Under the pieces are notes generated by a model that was not told the DNA's origin, did not search any database, and saw nothing but the letters and a program-made list of their open reading frames with translations. This document shows positions 39,682 through 47,907 of a DNA stretch of 64,000 nt, piece after piece (position 1 is the stretch's first letter; the number at the start of each line of letters is the position of its first letter). The stretch is from NCBI GenBank assembly GCA_944383245.1, contig CALWOU010000001.1, forward strand, positions 30,524-94,523, written 5' to 3'. This DNA is from an uncultured Clostridia bacterium. Lineage in GTDB: Bacteria > Bacillota > Clostridia > Christensenellales > UBA1242. Made by a program: the position numbers and the translations under genes.

Positions 39682-39706
39682 ATCTGCCGAGTGGCAGATT
39701 TTTTTA
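39682..39706 (+). terminator. Rho-independent terminator after spoVG
   Basis: ATCTGCC-gagt-GGCAGAT followed by T7. Confidence 0.85.
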
Positions 39707-39845
39707 TTAAATTTTAATAAGCAGAGTTAAGAAATAGAAATTTAATAAATAAGAAATAAAAATTAAAATATTATGTAACAAATAACTAATAATCTAATAA
39801 CCAAATAATTTAACAAATTTTTTTATAAATATTTATCTTATCAAC

Positions 39846-39875
39846 TAAAAAAGTCGGAGATTATCCGACTTTTTG
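39846..39875 (-). terminator. Rho-independent terminator after the 1,082-aa GLUG gene
   Basis: AGTCGGA-gatta-TCCGACT flanked by A/T runs. Confidence 0.8.
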
Positions 39876-39882
39876 TTTATTG

Positions 39883-42800
39883 TTAGTTTATAATTGAAAG
39901 CCTTATTCCGCTACCTTCAACCCAAGTGTTTAAAGTGAAATCAAATTCAAGAGTTTTAGAGTAACTTACCCTATTATCTGGGTCGGTTAGGTTGAATGAA
40001 CCTTTGAAACTTGCTGCATTATTGAAGTCTGAATTATTAACAGTTTTAATGAAACTACTATTTGCTGAGTTCTCATAATCAGTCATCCACCAATTACCGA
40101 AACCTAAAATATTAAATGACGTACGGATATAACTTTCACCATACTCAATTCCGTTTGATGAAGCAGCCTCAGTGTTGATAACCACGTGTTGCATACTTCC
40201 CGCAACTGAATCTTGTTGATACAAGTTGAAGTAGAAATTACCACTATTTGCAAAATCACTGCCTTGTCTATAATCAAACCAAGTATCTCTATAGAACTTT
40301 CCATAACCATCTAATGTGCTATTGACTGTTGCATATCTAAAACTTGCACCATCTGGGAAGATTAGCACAATTAAAGAGGTTACAGTGTTATTATTTGCAC
40401 CAACTAAGTTGCTATTTAATTGAACGTTTGAAATGTCGCCTGTTAAGATATATGCAGCGCCTGCAACATATTTATCGCCCGAGATTGTGTTGCGAGACAA
40501 TTCTTTTGTTAAATCGTTGTATCTACCAACATAAACTTGGTCAACCACTGCACCACAATTTCCAGCCGTTACATTGTTATTTGCAAAGTCAAAGTCACCC
40601 ATTTGAACAACAATACCAGCAACATTATTTCCGTAGATATCAGATGTTACAATAGAAGAAGTGATTTCTGAATCAGTATTTGAATTTAATGCCACAAGTC
40701 CGCCAACAAAGTGGTCTTTTCCATTGATTAGTGAACCAATAGTGTCAACATACACTTTTACACCACTAATTCTAGCATTATTTTCTGCTGCTGCACCGCC
40801 GATATATAGTCTATCAGCCGAAACACCACTAGCAATTGAAATGCCCTCGCCTGTGATTGTTGTGTTTAAAATTGTGTTGTTATTTGTTCCAGCAATACCA
40901 CCAATATAGTTTGTTGCGGTTGTGCTTTGAACGTTTACATCAATTTCAAGATTTACATTTTCGATAGTGCCATCGTTTAATCCTACCACACCACCAATTC
41001 TAGCATTTCCAACATTTGAACTTAAATTTACTATTACATTACCTGTGATGTTATTAACTCTATCCGCGTTTTGACCTACCACACCACCAACTCTAGAAAT
41101 ACCATAAATAGTTGAATTATTGACTGTAGAATTTTCGATTATACCGCTATTATTTACACCAACAAGTCCACCAACATTAACAAGTGTAGCAGAACTTGAA
41201 ACGGTTAAATTATTAACTTCAACATCTCTTACAATTGAATTGTTATCCATCGTTCCAACAATTCCACCAAAGTTGTTAATATCTTCAACAATTTCATTTG
41301 AGAAGTTAACCACTATATTAGAAATTTCTGAACTTGAATTTGCGGTGGTTGAGAACATACGCCCTGCAACTGCACCAACATTTGTAGCATTGATTGTTGT
41401 TGTAACTTCATCTAGTGTCACATTGGTTACTGTGCTATTATCTAAATATGTGAATAATCCAGCATCTGAGCCATTTCCACCACTCATCAATTTTAAACCA
41501 GTGATTGTGTGACCATTTCCGTTAAATACCGAATTTACAAGTGCCACAGGAGTGTAGTTTAATTTTGTTAAATCAATATCTGTTTGAAGAGATATTTTCA
41601 TTCCTGTTATAACACCATTCACAGCATTCACATTGATAAAGTCGATAAATGCTTGACTGTTGTTTTCAAGAGTGTCATCAATATCACCAACATTGTCTTC
41701 AGTTAAATCTTTTAATAGATATTGACTAGATAATGAACTTAAACTTGAAGTTGTCATATTAAGTTCTGGAACTGCACCTGGAGCGAGTGTCCAAGCAGAA
41801 CTATCCCACAAAACTTTTGAAGATTGACTAACTGCATAGAATACATAATCAGTTGGAGTAAGAGTTGCCACAGCATCTTGCATTGAAGCAAATTCTCTAA
41901 CTAAATATAACGAATTTATTTCATTAAAATATGTGTCACATAAATCTGCATCGTTTCTTATTGCGACAACACCATTAGTTGCAACAATATTTCCAGCAAG
42001 GTGATATAATGGTTGGTCAATATTCGCATTATAATTTGTTGCTTTTTCAATTGTTGAGATAAATGACGCATTGTCTGTGCCAACTAAAGCCGAATTTGAA
42101 AGTGACTCATAAATTGCACCAAGGTTTGTGTCTATTGTAAATTTTCCAACAAAACCAGCAATATCGCCTGTTGCATTTGCGCTTGTTATAGTTGAATTTG
42201 CGCTAGTTGCTTGAATTGTTCCTATATCTAGTGCACCAACAAGTCCGCCCGCTGTAACATTAATAGTGCCAGCATTAGCATTGCCTAAAGTAATGCTTAC
42301 ATTTTCAGTTAAACTTGTAGATAATTTTGAAGTTGAACCTGTAAGTGCACCAATCACACCACCTGTTACACTGCTATCTTTCAAGTTCGTGATATTAGCG
42401 CTATTTACAAACACATTTGAGATAACCGAATTATTTGCAAGTCCTGTTAAAGCGCCTGCGTAATCATAACTTCCGCTAATTGTTGCGTTATTTAAATATA
42501 AGTTAGTTACGTTTGCATTATTAAATGAATAGAATAGACCTGCATTTGCATAATCAGTGCTAGTTAAATTTAATCCACTGATTGTGTGATTATTTCCGTT
42601 AAACGAACCTGAGAAACCAACCCAAGTGTCTGTTGAATAATTGTAACCAATTGGTTGGAATGATTGAGATAGAGAAATATCTCTTAATAGCAAATAGTGT
42701 GAATCAAGTGTGAAACTATCTCCAATTTTTTCTAAATCCGCTTGATTTTCTATATAGTAAGGATATTCCTCTGTTCCATTACCAATGTGCACACTAATCT

Positions 42801-43131
42801 TAAATTCTGGGCAACGTTCATTAGTTGTTGTTATAACTAAAGTTGTTTCGCCACCATTTAATGCAGTGTAGTAACCTTTTTCTTCATCAAAGTTTATCAT
42901 ACTTTGAACTAGCGGTCCACCTGCGTTATAATTGAATGTGGTGTTTCTATAACTATAAGGACGATTGATAACAATATCTAAATCTTCCAAACTTACAACG
43001 TCGCCAACGTTGCAATAGATTTCTTTTGTGTTAATACTAATTGTTTCGTCATCGCGCATAAAATAATATGTAGTAAGTCCTAAACTTACTCCCACCACAA
43101 TGACAACTAGGAAAATTAAAAATTTCTTCAT
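39883..43131 (-). CDS. Surface protein with N-terminal signal anchor, Ig-like module and GLUG-motif repeats (1,082 aa)
   Basis: Starts MKKFLIFLVVIVVGVSLGL. Module start is FSGSFNGNNHTISGLNL..AGLFY. About 13 repeats of type VGGLVGVNNSG, VGGVVGQNADR, IGGVVGLNDG and IGGIAGTNNN. Confidence 0.8.
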   Translation of the reverse strand: MKKFLIFLVVIVVGVSLGLTTYYFMRDDETISINTKEIYCNVGDVVSLEDLDIVINRPYSYRNTTFNYNAGGPLVQSMINFDEEKGYYTALNGGETTLVITTTNERCPEFKISVHIGNGTEEYPYYIENQADLEKIGDSFTLDSHYLLLRDISLSQSFQPIGYNYSTDTWVGFSGSFNGNNHTISGLNLTSTDYANAGLFYSFNNANVTNLYLNNATISGSYDYAGALTGLANNSVISNVFVNSANITNLKDSSVTGGVIGALTGSTSKLSTSLTENVSITLGNANAGTINVTAGGLVGALDIGTIQATSANSTITSANATGDIAGFVGKFTIDTNLGAIYESLSNSALVGTDNASFISTIEKATNYNANIDQPLYHLAGNIVATNGVVAIRNDADLCDTYFNEINSLYLVREFASMQDAVATLTPTDYVFYAVSQSSKVLWDSSAWTLAPGAVPELNMTTSSLSSLSSQYLLKDLTEDNVGDIDDTLENNSQAFIDFINVNAVNGVITGMKISLQTDIDLTKLNYTPVALVNSVFNGNGHTITGLKLMSGGNGSDAGLFTYLDNSTVTNVTLDEVTTTINATNVGAVAGRMFSTTANSSSEISNIVVNFSNEIVEDINNFGGIVGTMDNNSIVRDVEVNNLTVSSSATLVNVGGLVGVNNSGIIENSTVNNSTIYGISRVGGVVGQNADRVNNITGNVIVNLSSNVGNARIGGVVGLNDGTIENVNLEIDVNVQSTTATNYIGGIAGTNNNTILNTTITGEGISIASGVSADRLYIGGAAAENNARISGVKVYVDTIGSLINGKDHFVGGLVALNSNTDSEITSSIVTSDIYGNNVAGIVVQMGDFDFANNNVTAGNCGAVVDQVYVGRYNDLTKELSRNTISGDKYVAGAAYILTGDISNVQLNSNLVGANNNTVTSLIVLIFPDGASFRYATVNSTLDGYGKFYRDTWFDYRQGSDFANSGNFYFNLYQQDSVAGSMQHVVINTEAASSNGIEYGESYIRTSFNILGFGNWWMTDYENSANSSFIKTVNNSDFNNAASFKGSFNLTDPDNRVSYSKTLEFDFTLNTWVEGSGIRLSIIN

Positions 43132-43162
43132 ATTCTTCCCCTTTTTTCGTTTTGTTACAACT

Positions 43163-43190
43163 ATTATACCCTATTTAATAAATTTGTCAA
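43163..43190 (-). promoter_or_regulatory. Promoter TTGACA-16-TATAAT of the 1,082-aa GLUG gene
   Basis: tgtcaa at 43185..43190 and attata at 43163..43168. SD AAGGGGAAG precedes the ATG at 43131. Confidence 0.6.
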
Positions 43191-43345
43191 TACCCTTTTT
43201 TTAATTTTTTTAATGTATTTTTATTAGGATTTTTCATTAAATACAACAAAATTAACAAAAATTTTTCAAAATTTTCAATTTTTCCACCATTTTTCATCAT
43301 TTTTGCACACTTTTTAACACAATTTTTTAATTTTTATTTATTTTG
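43190..43345. repeat. Helically phased T5 tracts upstream of that promoter
   Basis: tttttccacca / tttttcatca / tttttgcacac / tttttaacacaa / ttttttaa / tttttattta, with spacings of 8-12 bp. Confidence 0.75.
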
Positions 43346-43380
43346 ACAATCTTGAAGATTCTTTATAATTTGTTTTTTAT

Positions 43381-43848
43381 TTATTGCAACCAATATCTAC
43401 CGGTTGTTTCTTCCCATATATCTTTTAAAGGTCTACCTTCGACTTTAGCATTATTTTTAAAGTCATCTTTTGTTTTAAAAATGGAAATTTCTCCTGTTTT
43501 TGAATTATAAAGTTTAATATTATTATCAATTTCACTTTTACCGACAAGTTCAACTTCAAAACGCGTACCATTATATACAAACTGTGTTTCACTGTAAAAA
43601 AACAATGCATCTATAAATTCATCAAGGTTTGGTTCAAAAGGCTTCCCTTTGATATAAAGTTGTTTAGCTTTGTTTAGTGAAATTAAGTTTGGATATACAA
43701 CGTTATTAGGATTTTCATCAGTTAAAAAGTTATTTTTCCATTTGCAATATGGGCAATTACCTTGGTCGTAAATATCTTTTTTTATAAACTTTCCACAAAC
43801 TGAACAGGGTTTATCAAAAATTTCATCGTAAATACTTTTATTTTCCAT
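43381..43848 (-). CDS. Zinc-ribbon (CxxC..CxxC) protein, unknown function
   Basis: CSVCGK-x15-CPYCKWKNN, then a roughly 110-aa domain. Start chosen at the second ATG, 4 nt after the SD GGAGG; 43851 is also possible. Confidence 0.5.
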   Translation of the reverse strand: MENKSIYDEIFDKPCSVCGKFIKKDIYDQGNCPYCKWKNNFLTDENPNNVVYPNLISLNKAKQLYIKGKPFEPNLDEFIDALFFYSETQFVYNGTRFEVELVGKSEIDNNIKLYNSKTGEISIFKTKDDFKNNAKVEGRPLKDIWEETTGRYWLQ

Positions 43849-43916
43849 CATACCTCCTTTTAACAATAATTATTATTTATTTCACTATTTAGGAGAAAGA
43901 ATAGCATATCTCAGCT

Positions 43917-46133
43917 TTAATAGTTTTGGGAAAATTCGTCGATGAGGAAATCTTTTAGCATTGTGTAACGTTTTTGAGTGTAGTTGTTGTGAATCATACG
44001 CGCCAAAATTTGTTTTGAACCAACAAGCACAACCGCCTTTTTTGCACGCGTTATTGCTGTATACAACAAATTTCTAGTGATAATAATAGGCGCACCTGGA
44101 ACAAGCGGAATAACCACACAATCAAATTCACTTCCTTGACTTTTATGAATAGTGATAGCATAAGCAAGCACAATTTGATAAAGGTCAGTTTTTGCGTATT
44201 TGCAGATTTTTCCGTCGTCAAAACGGACGGTTGTTTCGTGAGTGTCTGGCTCAATTTTTGTGATATAGCCAATATCTCCATTAAAAACACCTGTACCCTC
44301 TTGCAACATCCCGTTTTCTTCATATTTGACGTATGTTTGTTCGTAGTTATTAACAGTTTGCATAATCTTATCGCCGACGTGAAATTTTGTTGCCTCACTT
44401 CCAACTTCAAGCCCTTGAAAATATGGATTGATTGTCATCTGTAAACGTTTGTTTAAATTATCTATTCCGCATGGACCCGCTTTCATAGGCGCTAAAACTT
44501 GAATTTCTTCTGGCTTGTAACCAAAATATTTTGGTAGCCTTGTTGTTACCAAATCGATAATTGTTTCACTGTTAGTTTGAAGGTCTTTGCCCGGCTCATA
44601 GAAAAAATCCTTGCTAGAGTTATCTATAATTGGCATTTTACCGCTGTTGATTAGGTGTGCATTTGTGATAATCAAACTATCGTTATCTTGCCTATATATG
44701 TTTACTAAATGCGTGGTGTAAATTTTCTTACTTTCAATTAAATCACGAAGAACATTCCCTGCGCCAACACTTGGAAGTTGGTCTTTATCTCCAACTAAAA
44801 TTAGCCTAGTTGTGCTTTTAGTCGCCTTTAGAAGATGATAAAATAGGTTGACGTCAACCATACTCATTTCATCCACAATTATAACGTCTGCATCAATTGG
44901 ATTATCTTGATTCCTATGGAAAAAACCCTCTCCGTCACTTGTATTCATCTCTAGCGCTCTATGAATAGTTTTTGCTTCCATTTTGCTACTTTCAGTTAAT
45001 CTTTTTGATGCCCTTCCCGTTGGCGCACACAATAGAACTTTTTTATTCAACTCTTTAAACATTTCCAATATGCACCTGACAATTGTTGTTTTTCCTGTTC
45101 CTGGACCACCTGTAATAATTGAAACGCCTTTTTTAAGGCTATTTAAAACTGCGTCCGTCTGCTCGCCATTTAATTGGATTTTATTTATTCGTTGATATAA
45201 ATTTATGCTGTCTAAAAAATTGATTTTTTCTTCAAATTGATTGTATGAAAGTTTGTATAACTTCTTTGATATATACTTTTCTTGAAAATAAAATTTTGTG
45301 AGCATACAAACATCTTCGCCGTGATATGGAAAATTTTTAACCATTCCTTCAATTTGCAAAAATTCAGCACACCTTTCAACTAAATTGTATTCACTTTCGC
45401 CAAAATTTAAAATTTCAATGCAGTTTTGAATAAGTGTTGTTTTTGGTAAGAACGTGTGACCCTCTCGCTCGCTTGCTGTTTTTAATGTGTAGATAAGACC
45501 TGCTTTTATTCTGTTTTCTCCCATAGGGTCAATTCCAAGTTTTATCGCAATTTTATCTGCCGTTGCAAAACCTATACCGTCCACATCTTCAATCAATTGG
45601 TATGGGTTATTTTTCACAATTTCAATCGTCTTTTCCTTATATATGTTGAAAATTTTAATTGCAGTGTTTGTGGATATGAAATGTGACTGCAAAAACATAA
45701 TTGCATTTTGCATTTCTTTCATTTCATTGTACGCATTAGAAATTTCAATCGCCTTTTGTTTGCTTATACCTTTGATTTTACTAAGTTTAATAGGATTAAA
45801 TTCAAGTACGGCAAGAGTGTCTTGCTTAAATTCATCCACAATTCGCTTTGCTGTAACCGGTCCAATTCCATAAATAAGCCCGCTAGACAAATACTTTTCA
45901 ATCGCTGGAAGCGTGGTTGGTTCAACAACTTTTGCCTCTTTCACACTATATTGTTCACCAAACTTTTTATTCACAACAAATTCGCCATCCAACTCCAAAG
46001 TTTGACCTTCGTACACTTCTGGTAATGTTCCAACCGCTGTTAATTTTTTATTATTATAAATAAGACCTAAAACTGTGTAACCATTTTCAGGATTTCTAAA
46101 AACTATATTTTCAACTGTGCCAACTATTTTCAT
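43917..46133 (-). CDS. recD2: RecD2-type SF1B ATP-dependent DNA helicase
   Basis: N-terminus VENIVFRNPENGYTVL. Walker A is ITGGPGTGKTT. Also DEMSMVD and TIHKSQGSEF. Confidence 0.9.
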   Translation of the reverse strand: MKIVGTVENIVFRNPENGYTVLGLIYNNKKLTAVGTLPEVYEGQTLELDGEFVVNKKFGEQYSVKEAKVVEPTTLPAIEKYLSSGLIYGIGPVTAKRIVDEFKQDTLAVLEFNPIKLSKIKGISKQKAIEISNAYNEMKEMQNAIMFLQSHFISTNTAIKIFNIYKEKTIEIVKNNPYQLIEDVDGIGFATADKIAIKLGIDPMGENRIKAGLIYTLKTASEREGHTFLPKTTLIQNCIEILNFGESEYNLVERCAEFLQIEGMVKNFPYHGEDVCMLTKFYFQEKYISKKLYKLSYNQFEEKINFLDSINLYQRINKIQLNGEQTDAVLNSLKKGVSIITGGPGTGKTTIVRCILEMFKELNKKVLLCAPTGRASKRLTESSKMEAKTIHRALEMNTSDGEGFFHRNQDNPIDADVIIVDEMSMVDVNLFYHLLKATKSTTRLILVGDKDQLPSVGAGNVLRDLIESKKIYTTHLVNIYRQDNDSLIITNAHLINSGKMPIIDNSSKDFFYEPGKDLQTNSETIIDLVTTRLPKYFGYKPEEIQVLAPMKAGPCGIDNLNKRLQMTINPYFQGLEVGSEATKFHVGDKIMQTVNNYEQTYVKYEENGMLQEGTGVFNGDIGYITKIEPDTHETTVRFDDGKICKYAKTDLYQIVLAYAITIHKSQGSEFDCVVIPLVPGAPIIITRNLLYTAITRAKKAVVLVGSKQILARMIHNNYTQKRYTMLKDFLIDEFSQNY

Positions 46134-46425
46134 AATTTTATTTTACTACAAATAATTTTTAAAATCAATCCAATTAAAAATTATTATTTAATTTTGAATA
46201 TTTATTTAAAAAAATTAAAATTATTAAAGATAATAAAAAATCAAAAAAATAATAAAAATTATTAAAAATGCTATTTTTAAGTTAAAAAAATAGAAAAATA
46301 ACTAATTTTTTTCCTATTTTTTGAAAATTTTTTAATATTTTTAATTTTATTTTCAATTAATTTTTATAATTTTTTTATTATAAATTTAATTTGTTTTTTA
46401 TTTTAAATTAGTTTGTTTTTTTATT
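46134..46425. repeat. A-tract half followed by T-tract half, 292-bp spacer
   Basis: The 46190..46270 region is rich in A5-A7 runs on the plus strand. The 46300..46425 region is rich in T5-T7 runs. Confidence 0.6.
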
Positions 46426-47214
46426 TTATGAGTTAGGTAACTGTATGATTTTCTTTCTAACTTCTTCAAAATCACCTAGAACACTATGCGCGAAGGTTAA
46501 AATATAAATGCACTTTGCGCCCGCATTTTTTAGAATTTTACTAATTTCATTTGTGGTTGCACCCGTTGTAAACACGTCATCAATTAGTAATATACTTTTA
46601 TCTTTAATAGTGTTTTTAAAAGGTTTAATAAATTGATATGCGTTAGTCACATTTTCTTTTCTATCTTTAATGTCAAGTAGCGCTTGGCGAGCATTGTCTT
46701 TTATTTTCTTAATGCAATCAATGTATGGAATTTCCACCGCCTCACTCACTTTTAATGCAATCTCTTTTGATTGATTAAAACGCCTTACTTTTTCTCTATT
46801 TTCGTGAAGTGGCACTGCAGTTATATAGTCCACATTTATTCCCCAAGTTATAAACCTTTCGGTTAAATATTTTGCCATCGGCTCACTTAAAAATTTGCGA
46901 TTTTCTAATTTGTAGTTGTGCACTAAATTAACAACATCATCCATATAAATAAACACACTTTTTGCTTCGTCAAAATAATAGCTATTCATATTCCTTTTGC
47001 AAGTTAAACATACACCCGTGTTATTATCTTCAATTAGTCCTCCACATTTAGGACAACCGTGAATAATAAAAGGAAGTTTATTTAAGCATTCGACGCACGT
47101 GTCATTATGCGCTAATTCATTTAATTCTTCGCTACAAAAAATACATTTAATATGACGCGGATAAATAATATCTAAAATATTTTCTTTAAATTTTTTCCAA
47201 TCAACCTTTTTCAT
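46426..47214 (-). CDS. comFC: ComF-family protein (double zinc ribbon + phosphoribosyltransferase fold)
   Basis: CIFCSE..CVECL..CPKCGG..CLTC, then LLIDDVFTTGATTNE. Confidence 0.85.
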   Translation of the reverse strand: MKKVDWKKFKENILDIIYPRHIKCIFCSEELNELAHNDTCVECLNKLPFIIHGCPKCGGLIEDNNTGVCLTCKRNMNSYYFDEAKSVFIYMDDVVNLVHNYKLENRKFLSEPMAKYLTERFITWGINVDYITAVPLHENREKVRRFNQSKEIALKVSEAVEIPYIDCIKKIKDNARQALLDIKDRKENVTNAYQFIKPFKNTIKDKSILLIDDVFTTGATTNEISKILKNAGAKCIYILTFAHSVLGDFEEVRKKIIQLPNS

Positions 47215-47370
47215 TTTTCCTCATCGGTAAAATTATTTTTTAAAAAATTTTTATTTTTTTAATTTTTTTATTAAAATTTAACTATTTTTTAGTATTTTTT
47301 TCAATTTTTTTGATAATTTTTTCTTTTTTAATATTTTTTAGTTTTTTAATGTTTTTATGTTATATTAGAC
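47215..47370. repeat. Phased T6-T7 tract array upstream of comFC
   Basis: ttttttagta / tttttttcaa / tttttttgataa / ttttttc / ttttttaata / ttttttag / ttttttaatg. Confidence 0.75.
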
Positions 47371-47483
47371 TTTTAAATATTTTAAAATTTAAAAATATAT
47401 TTACTATGTTTTATTTTTTTCATTGTTGTATTATATTGTTTTATTTAATTCTTGGTTTTAGTTATCCTTAGTATTTATTTTTT

Positions 47484-47540
47484 GACTACCTCTCCGTCGC
47501 GACTTTGTCGCGCCACCTCCCCTTGCAAGGGTAGGCAAGA
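47484..47540. other. Isolated GC-rich hairpin island in an AT-rich spacer
   Basis: gactacctctccgtCGCGACtttGTCGCGccacctcCCCTTGCAAGGGtaggcaag. One perfect 6-bp stem with a 3-nt loop, plus a perfect 12-nt palindrome. Confidence 0.6.
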
Positions 47541-47580
47541 TTATAAGAGTAATTTTATTTTATATTTCTACACTAATAGT

Positions 47581-47907
47581 TTATTTTTCTACAATAAAAT
47601 AAAATGAATTCTGATCTTGTGGTAGTTTTGCGTAGCGGTATAAAATATCAAAATAACTATCTTTTTCTAAATCTATATTAAGCTTTTTATTCATAAGTGG
47701 ATTAAAAATTAGTTTATCCACAAATTCGGTGAAAAAGTATGGCAATTTTTTATATGTTTTTTTATCTACGTTCATCAACTCAAAATCAATAAAACCATAT
47801 TGAGTTTTAAATTTTTGTATGTCTCTAAGTGAAGTGTAGATATAAAGATTGTCTTTTTTTTCAATTTCGCCAATTGAAAAATCTTTATAGCAAACTTTTA
47901 TTTTCAT
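47581..47907 (-). CDS. HipA N-terminal-subdomain-like small protein (HipS-like candidate)
   Basis: MKIKVCYKDFSIGEIEKKDNLYIY..KKLPYFFTEFVDKLI..DSYFDILYRYAKLPQDQNSFYF parallels HipA residues 1-100 (LVTWMNNQRVGEL..FNFFDNLLPD..PFDLLSEIGRDSVGAV). The ATG sits 6 nt after GGAGG, inside the kinase 3' end. Confidence 0.55.
   Translation of the reverse strand: MKIKVCYKDFSIGEIEKKDNLYIYTSLRDIQKFKTQYGFIDFELMNVDKKTYKKLPYFFTEFVDKLIFNPLMNKKLNIDLEKDSYFDILYRYAKLPQDQNSFYFIVEK

Noticed and set aside
43381-47214. Zinc-ribbon protein + RecD2-like helicase + ComF-like PRTase as a defence island
   Set aside because: RecD2 and ComFC have full housekeeping-type motifs, and as far as I recall their adjacency is common in Firmicutes. 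Each gene also has its own long promoter region rather than a tight operon.
47505-47546. 13-codon ORF (GTG GCG CGA..) behind the GGAGG-like sequence on the minus strand of the GC-rich island
   Set aside because: The GTG overlaps the SD-like purine run with zero spacing, and the peptide is tiny. It is more likely a by-product of the hairpin sequence.
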